Source: Clostridia bacterium
Lineage (GTDB): Bacteria; Bacillota; Clostridia; UMGS1883
Length of the DNA: 20,817 nt
Reading direction: 5' to 3'
Assembly (NCBI GenBank): GCA_051866635.1
Contig: JBJDXJ010000005.1
Location: forward strand, 1 to 20,817
Shown here: in pieces, positions 17,003 to 20,817 of the stretch
Layout of the letters: every line of letters starts with the position of its first letter
Numbering within the stretch: position 1 is the stretch's first letter
The notes under the pieces: model-generated
What the model saw: the letters and a program-made list of their open reading frames with translations, nothing else
The model's database searches: none
What the model was told of the DNA's origin: nothing
Position numbers and translations under genes: made by a program

Positions 17003-17395
17003 TTGAGTAAAATGACAAAGTATGAGAAACGCATATATGAAATTATTAATCAATCATCATCACATATGACTGCTGAGCAAATCTATCAGATATTAAAAGC
17101 TGATTTCCCCGGTGTAGTTTTGGCAACTGTTTATAACAATTTAAACAAGCTGTACCGAGACAGGCTTATCAATAAAATTTCGGTGGAGGGCATGAGTGAG
17201 CGTTATGACAGAATTGTTAAGCACGACCATATTGTTTGCCAAAGCTGTGGGAAACTGACAGATATACAGCTTGAGGATTTGACGGAAACTTTAAAAAAAC
17301 AAGTTGGTACAGATTTTTTGTTTTACGATTTGAAAGTATTCCATGTGTGTCCCGAATGTAGGAAAAAACTCGGTAAAGACAAGAATATTCGTTGA
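17003..17395 (+). CDS. Fur-family transcriptional repressor, PerR-like (start TTG 17003 or ATG 17012)
   Basis: HMTAEQIY, LATVYNNL, RYD...HDHIVCQSCGKLTDI and C-terminal CPEC. The H, D, HxH, D ligand pattern is as in PerR. Confidence 0.9.
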   Translation: MSKMTKYEKRIYEIINQSSSHMTAEQIYQILKADFPGVVLATVYNNLNKLYRDRLINKISVEGMSERYDRIVKHDHIVCQSCGKLTDIQLEDLTETLKKQVGTDFLFYDLKVFHVCPECRKKLGKDKNIR

Positions 17396-17542
17396 TATAA
17401 CACTCCTCTAGGTTAGCAGATAGTGAAATTTGTTGGATAACGTGAAAGTTCATTTTAGATTATAAATTTTAATGTCATTTATAATAAAGTGCGCATGCGG
17501 GAGCAAACAACCCGTAAATATATTATGTAAGGAGATATAACA

Positions 17543-18109
17543 ATGAGAAGTATTACCACATTGGATTTGCAGTATGCCCATCGTTTCTATGGGTTTAAGG
17601 GAGAAGCACAGTATTTGCACGGACACACGGGAGTACTGACTATAGAAGTTGAGGATTCGGTTAATGCCGGAGTTAATATGGTTTTCCCGTGCAATGAAAT
17701 TCAAAAGACTGCATGGGAAGTTCTTAAAAATTTTGACCATGCTTTGATTCTTCGTGAAGATGATCCGCTTTTGCCGGCTATTCTCGATGTCTATGAAAAA
17801 CAGGGAATTAAAAACGGTACTCCGAACAATGTTATGAAAGGCCCTGCTTTCAAAACTGATTTGGCGACGGCATATCCGGATTGCCGTTTGGTGGTTACAA
17901 AGGAAACAATGACCGTTGAAGGTATGATTAAAATTGTTTACGATTTATTGAAAGATAAGCTTAATATCGTTAAATTGACCTTTACCAGCGGTGTTAATGC
18001 GGCTTCCGAGGAATACGAACCGAATTTGAATGTAGACCGTTGTCCTCTTTGCGGTATTGCACTGAACGAAAACGGCGTTTGCCCGAAATGCGGTTATAAA
18101 AAAGCCTGA
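17543..18109 (+). CDS. QueD/6-pyruvoyl-tetrahydropterin synthase-fold protein, divergent, with C-terminal zinc ribbon
   Basis: AHR...LHGH zinc ligands, FDH and TVE; C-terminal CPLCG-x8-CPKCG; AAGGAG RBS. Fold is confident, function is not. Confidence 0.85.
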   Translation: MRSITTLDLQYAHRFYGFKGEAQYLHGHTGVLTIEVEDSVNAGVNMVFPCNEIQKTAWEVLKNFDHALILREDDPLLPAILDVYEKQGIKNGTPNNVMKGPAFKTDLATAYPDCRLVVTKETMTVEGMIKIVYDLLKDKLNIVKLTFTSGVNAASEEYEPNLNVDRCPLCGIALNENGVCPKCGYKKA

Positions 18110-18165
18110 ATTATATATCTGTAATGGGCAACGATAAACCTACTTGGAAAAACGAGGATTAATTG

Positions 18166-18206
18166 TGGACCGACCCCCAAAAGTCAGACTTTTGGGGGTC
18201 GGTCCG
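18166..18206. repeat. Perfect 19-1-19 palindrome resembling fused IS3/IS150-type ends; may also act as a terminator
   Basis: GGACCGACCCCCAAAAGTC-A-GACTTTTGGGGGTCGGTCC (18167-18205), between convergent genes. Confidence 0.85.
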
Positions 18207-18230
18207 TTTTGATTAACGAATTGAAAAGGT

Positions 18231-18270
18231 GGTTGAAAAAGTGCTTTATGTTATAATCGCCTTTGCAACT
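18231..18270 (+). repeat. Degenerate direct copy of the tRNA-Leu promoter segment
   Basis: gGTTGaAAAAGTGct----TTATGTTATAATCgCcTTTGCAACT versus aGTTGcAAAAGTGgttttcTTATGTTATAATCaCtTTTGCAACT (16607-16650). Confidence 0.75.
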
Positions 18271-19436
18271 TAATAGGCCGTATTCAAAGGCGGTAGCTTA
18301 TTACTGTAAATGTAAACGGTTTTTGTTTCATTATCCCACTTAACATAATATCCTAATGCTTCCGATATTGCCCTTACAGGCACTAATGTTATGAAATTAT
18401 GGATACATGCAGGAGTGTCAAGCTCTACTTGCCTGTGATTAACGGTCATTTCGGGATTTCCCATCTGAATTTCAACCAGAATGTCATCTTTTGTTGCAAT
18501 TACGGTTTGTGTGTCGTTGTCCCACAAAACCTCAGCACCAAGTGCTTTAAATATTGCACGGGCAGGTACCATCGTACGGTTATTTATTATTATGGACTGT
18601 GTTTCAGTGCTAAGCTTATTGTTATCCACAATGATTTTTATATCGTCATCTTTAGTCGCAGGGGTTGAAACGTTAAAATCGGGAATCTCTTCAAAAAGAC
18701 CCAGGGAATATTTTTCATCCAGCCGTGATATGGTGCCATCATCATAAAGTGCTTTTATTTCTTTGTCAATAGCATCTGCAAGAGGTGCGTATTTGCATGC
18801 AACCACATATTCATCCTTACTGATTGAAAACATATTTTCAAGGTTTTTGAACCGTTCTTCTTTTAAAACTTTGCCGTTAAAGCCGTTATAAACTGCGGCG
18901 GCATCGCACTGTTGGGTTAAAACGGCACAAAGTGCATCTGCCTCAGTTGGCATAGGGACTATTTCACAGCCCGTATTTTCTAAAAGTTCACGTGCCTGCG
19001 AAAATGCCTCAAGGGCAATTTTTTCCCCTTTCAGGCTGTTTATATGGGAAAAATCAGCCTTATTTTCACCCGGAGCAACAATTACAATACTCATGGAGGC
19101 ATATGGCTCGGTTACAAAGGCATGTTTTGCAACCTCTTCTGTAAAGGTTAACGCATTCCATATACAATCAATTCTTCCGGATGAAAGCTCAATAAATTTC
19201 TTATCCCAAGAAATTTCCACAAATTCCGGGTTGTAACCTAACCGTGCACAAACCTCTTTTGCAAGGTCTGTGTCAAAGCCTGTAAGGGTAGCGTTTTCAT
19301 CATAAAAGTTAAAAGGATAGTAAAGTGTCATACCTATTCTTAAGGTTGGTAATTCATTGGCGTCAACTGCAATTGATAACGGAAAAACAGTAAACAAAAC
19401 AGTCGTCAGAATTATAAAAGACAGTGCTCTTTTCAT
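18270..19436 (-). CDS. Amino-acid ABC substrate-binding protein (family 3) fused to a C-terminal stalk (copper amine oxidase N-terminal-like) domain
   Basis: Y.PF, GFDTDLA, ISWD...EL.SGRIDCIWNALT; C-terminal NRTMVPARAIF.ALGA.V.WD and TLVPVRAISEALG..V.WD. ATG 19436 is preceded by GGAGG. Confidence 0.88.
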   Translation of the reverse strand: MKRALSFIILTTVLFTVFPLSIAVDANELPTLRIGMTLYYPFNFYDENATLTGFDTDLAKEVCARLGYNPEFVEISWDKKFIELSSGRIDCIWNALTFTEEVAKHAFVTEPYASMSIVIVAPGENKADFSHINSLKGEKIALEAFSQARELLENTGCEIVPMPTEADALCAVLTQQCDAAAVYNGFNGKVLKEERFKNLENMFSISKDEYVVACKYAPLADAIDKEIKALYDDGTISRLDEKYSLGLFEEIPDFNVSTPATKDDDIKIIVDNNKLSTETQSIIINNRTMVPARAIFKALGAEVLWDNDTQTVIATKDDILVEIQMGNPEMTVNHRQVELDTPACIHNFITLVPVRAISEALGYYVKWDNETKTVYIYSNKLPPLNTAY

Positions 19437-19562
19437 GCCAATCCTCCCCACATTTAATTTTATCTTTTATCCGCAAAACACAAGAATGATAAGAGATTAT
19501 TATTCATTGCCGAATACTATAATGTGAAAGCTCATTTTACGTTATAGATACATCTTGTATTC

Positions 19563-19591
19563 AGTATATACAAAAATTGCATGTCCGTCAA
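19563..19591 (-). promoter_or_regulatory. SigmaA-type promoter for the SBP-stalk gene
   Basis: Minus strand TTGACG-17 bp-TATACT. Confidence 0.6.
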
Positions 19592-19711
19592 TAAAATTAT
19601 TCCGTTACAATTTTAATAATAAAATATTGTCAACAATGCTTAAATTTTATTGCCCGGATTATTTCTATAAACGCCCCGTTACCTCTTAGGGTTCAAATCC
19701 AGTCTGTAATG

Positions 19712-19754
19712 AAAAAAGAGAAACCACCAACTCTGTTGATGCTTTCTCTTTTTT
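19712..19754 (-). terminator. Intrinsic terminator after tRNA-Pro
   Basis: Minus strand GAGAAAgCATCAAC-aga-GTTGGTGgTTTCTC-TTTTTT, directly after the CCA. Confidence 0.8.
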
Positions 19755-19830
19755 TGGTCGGAGTGACGGGATTTGAACCCATGGCCTCTTGTACCCGAAA
19801 CAAGCACGCTACCATCTGCGCTACACCCCG
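19755..19830 (-). tRNA. tRNA-Pro (anticodon CGG)
   Basis: Reverse complement CGGGGTGTAGCGCAGATGGTAGCGTGCTTGT-ttCGGgt-ACAAGAGGCCATGGGTTCAAATCCCGTCACTCCG-A-CCA, a 76-nt cloverleaf. Confidence 0.97.
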
Positions 19831-19862
19831 ATAATAAAGCTATATATTAAATTGTTTTCCCA

Positions 19863-20022
19863 TCGGAGGTAGTGGTACGCAGTGCTTAACGCACGCTTCC
19901 GTTTGCGGTGCCCTCATTGGCTCGCTCAATTGCTTGCCAATTTCGACCGCGGCACAACCTGCACCCTCCCTTAATCCGCCACAGGCGGCGGTCGGGTTCG
20001 GTTCCATCTGCCATGCACCCCG
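19863..20022 (-). pseudogene. Degenerate tRNA-Pro copy interrupted in the D-loop by a ~105-nt structured insert
   Basis: Minus strand CGGGGTGcatgGCAGATGG [insert] aAGCGTGC...CTCCGA is collinear with the intact tRNA (CGGGGTGtagcGCAGATGG tAGCGTGC...CTCCGA). Anticodon and T arms are not recognisable. Confidence 0.6.
19899..20003 (-). other. GC-rich structured intervening element (ncRNA or miniature mobile element, family unidentified)
   Basis: Complementary pairs in + coordinates: CCGCC/GGCGG 19976-80/19984-88; TTGGC/GCCAA 19917-21/19936-40; GTGCC/GGCAC 19908-12/19951-55; CGACCGC/GCGGTCG 19944-50/19988-94. Sharp GC contrast with the AT-rich flanks. Confidence 0.55.
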
Positions 20023-20041
20023 AAAGTGAATTTACTTAGAA

Positions 20042-20071
20042 ATTATAACACGTATTTAAGTACTTAGTCAA
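20042..20071 (-). promoter_or_regulatory. SigmaA promoter for the pseudo-tRNA/tRNA-Pro unit
   Basis: Minus strand TTGACT-18 bp-TATAAT with TG extension; predicted +1 about 13 nt before 20022. Confidence 0.7.
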
Positions 20072-20159
20072 CACTTTTTATTAAAAACTCTTATAAACTT
20101 AAATGACGATATAAAATGTCAATTAATAATTTTTATGTCTACTTTTCTTGACCGGTACA

Positions 20160-20188
20160 TTGACTTATGTAGTATTAAGTGGTATAAT
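20160..20188 (+). promoter_or_regulatory. SigmaA promoter for the AAA ATPase
   Basis: TTGACT-17 bp-TATAAT with TG extension. Confidence 0.75.
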
Positions 20189-20190
20189 TC

Positions 20191-20237
20191 TATTGAAAAG
20201 TGTATAAAATATACGATAAATAATATTGAAAAGTGTA
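20191..20237 (+). repeat. Perfect 14-bp direct repeat, 33-bp period, putative operator
   Basis: TATTGAAAAGTGTA at 20191-20204 and 20224-20237. Confidence 0.85.
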
Positions 20238-20253
20238 GAAGGCGTGAAATGTT

Positions 20254-20817
20254 ATGTTGTACAGAAAAATTCAATCTTATATAGAAAACTATTTAAAATC
20301 AAATTCCAATAAAGTACTTGTTATTGACGGGGCAAGGCAGATTGGAAAAACTTATATTATACGTTATACCGGAGAAAAACTTTTTGAAAACTACATTGAA
20401 ATTAATATGATTGAAGATTTTTTGGGTGATAAGCTTTTTGCAAACGTCAGGACTGTGGAAGATTTTTATTTGCAGGTAAGTATGCTTGCCGGAGATAAAA
20501 TGAGAGATAAAGATACTACTTTAATATTTTTGGATGAAATACAGGCGTATCCTCATTTGCTTACACTTTTGAAATTTTTAAAGCAGGACGATAAATTCAA
20601 CTATATTGCAAGCGGTTCACTTTTGGGGATTACTCTGGCCCAAACAACATCAATTCCCATAGGCAGTATAGAAGTAAAACGCATGTATCCTTTGGATTTT
20701 GAGGAGTTTTTGATAAGTCAGGGCTTTAACGATTTTTCCATAAAATCATTAAGAAAAAAATTTGAATTGAGAGAAAGTCTGGATATAAATACACATAACA
20801 GAATACTGGATCTGTTT
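20254..20817 (+). CDS. AAA+ ATP-binding protein (AAA_14/COG1373 type, usually with DUF4143); truncated by the window end and absent from the ORF track
   Basis: Manual translation MLYRKIQSY...VLVIDGARQIGKT (Walker A)...LIFLDEIQ (Walker B)...IASGSLLG...MYPLDFEEFL, open to the end of the window. Confidence 0.92.
   Translation, partial: MLYRKIQSYIENYLKSNSNKVLVIDGARQIGKTYIIRYTGEKLFENYIEINMIEDFLGDKLFANVRTVEDFYLQVSMLAGDKMRDKDTTLIFLDEIQAYPHLLTLLKFLKQDDKFNYIASGSLLGITLAQTTSIPIGSIEVKRMYPLDFEEFLISQGFNDFSIKSLRKKFELRESLDINTHNRILDLF

Noticed and set aside
17396-17542. Canonical preQ1 riboswitch upstream of the QueD-like gene
   Set aside because: No UUC/UCG-type loop consensus or matching A-tract pseudoknot found by eye; kept only as a low-scoring hairpin finding.
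17543-18109. Assigning the gene symbol queD
   Set aside because: The catalytic Cys and C-terminal Glu appear absent, and there are no que neighbours.
19437-19451. GTG start at 19451 for the SBP-stalk gene
   Set aside because: The extension contains the GGAGG RBS for ATG 19436, which begins a typical MKR signal peptide.
16744-19754. Prophage or ICE integrated at either tRNA
   Set aside because: No integrase, no phage or conjugation genes, and no direct repeat of a tRNA 3' end in the window.
19899-20003. HDV-like (theta) or hammerhead ribozyme, T-box, or group I intron
   Set aside because: No suitable P3/L3 and J4/2 arrangement, no CUGANGA core, no T-box AAGGTGGnACC motif, and too short for a group I intron. 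cmscan is still needed to be sure.

Overview
Low-GC chromosomal window from a spore-forming Firmicute, most likely Clostridia (sigH, rny-ymdB, a sigmaE-like promoter, 'stalk'-domain surface proteins). The left three-quarters is mostly housekeeping. Minus strand: polysaccharide deacetylase, asparagine synthase, zinc-ribbon protein and sigH. Plus strand: rqcH, rny, ymdB-like phosphoesterase, pgeF, a family-5 ABC binding lipoprotein, a MATE transporter and a small lipoprotein. These are followed by a secreted stalk/ricin/HExxH protein (minus), then a DUF896 ORF missing from the ORF track, an HPr-like protein and a GH29 fucosidase (plus). From about 16.6 kb, two convergent tRNA genes (Leu-CAA, Pro-CGG) bracket an accessory islet: a PerR-like regulator with a perfect operator, a catalytically divergent QueD/PTPS-fold protein with a zinc-ribbon tail, and an SBP-stalk fusion. 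A 3'-truncated AAA ATPase ends the window. The most unusual observation is non-coding: upstream of tRNA-Pro lies a degenerate second tRNA-Pro copy whose D-loop is interrupted by a ~105-nt GC-rich, potentially pseudoknotted insert. Several other small repeat structures surround the tRNAs. All calls come from reading the sequence and recognising motifs; no database searches or folding programs were run.
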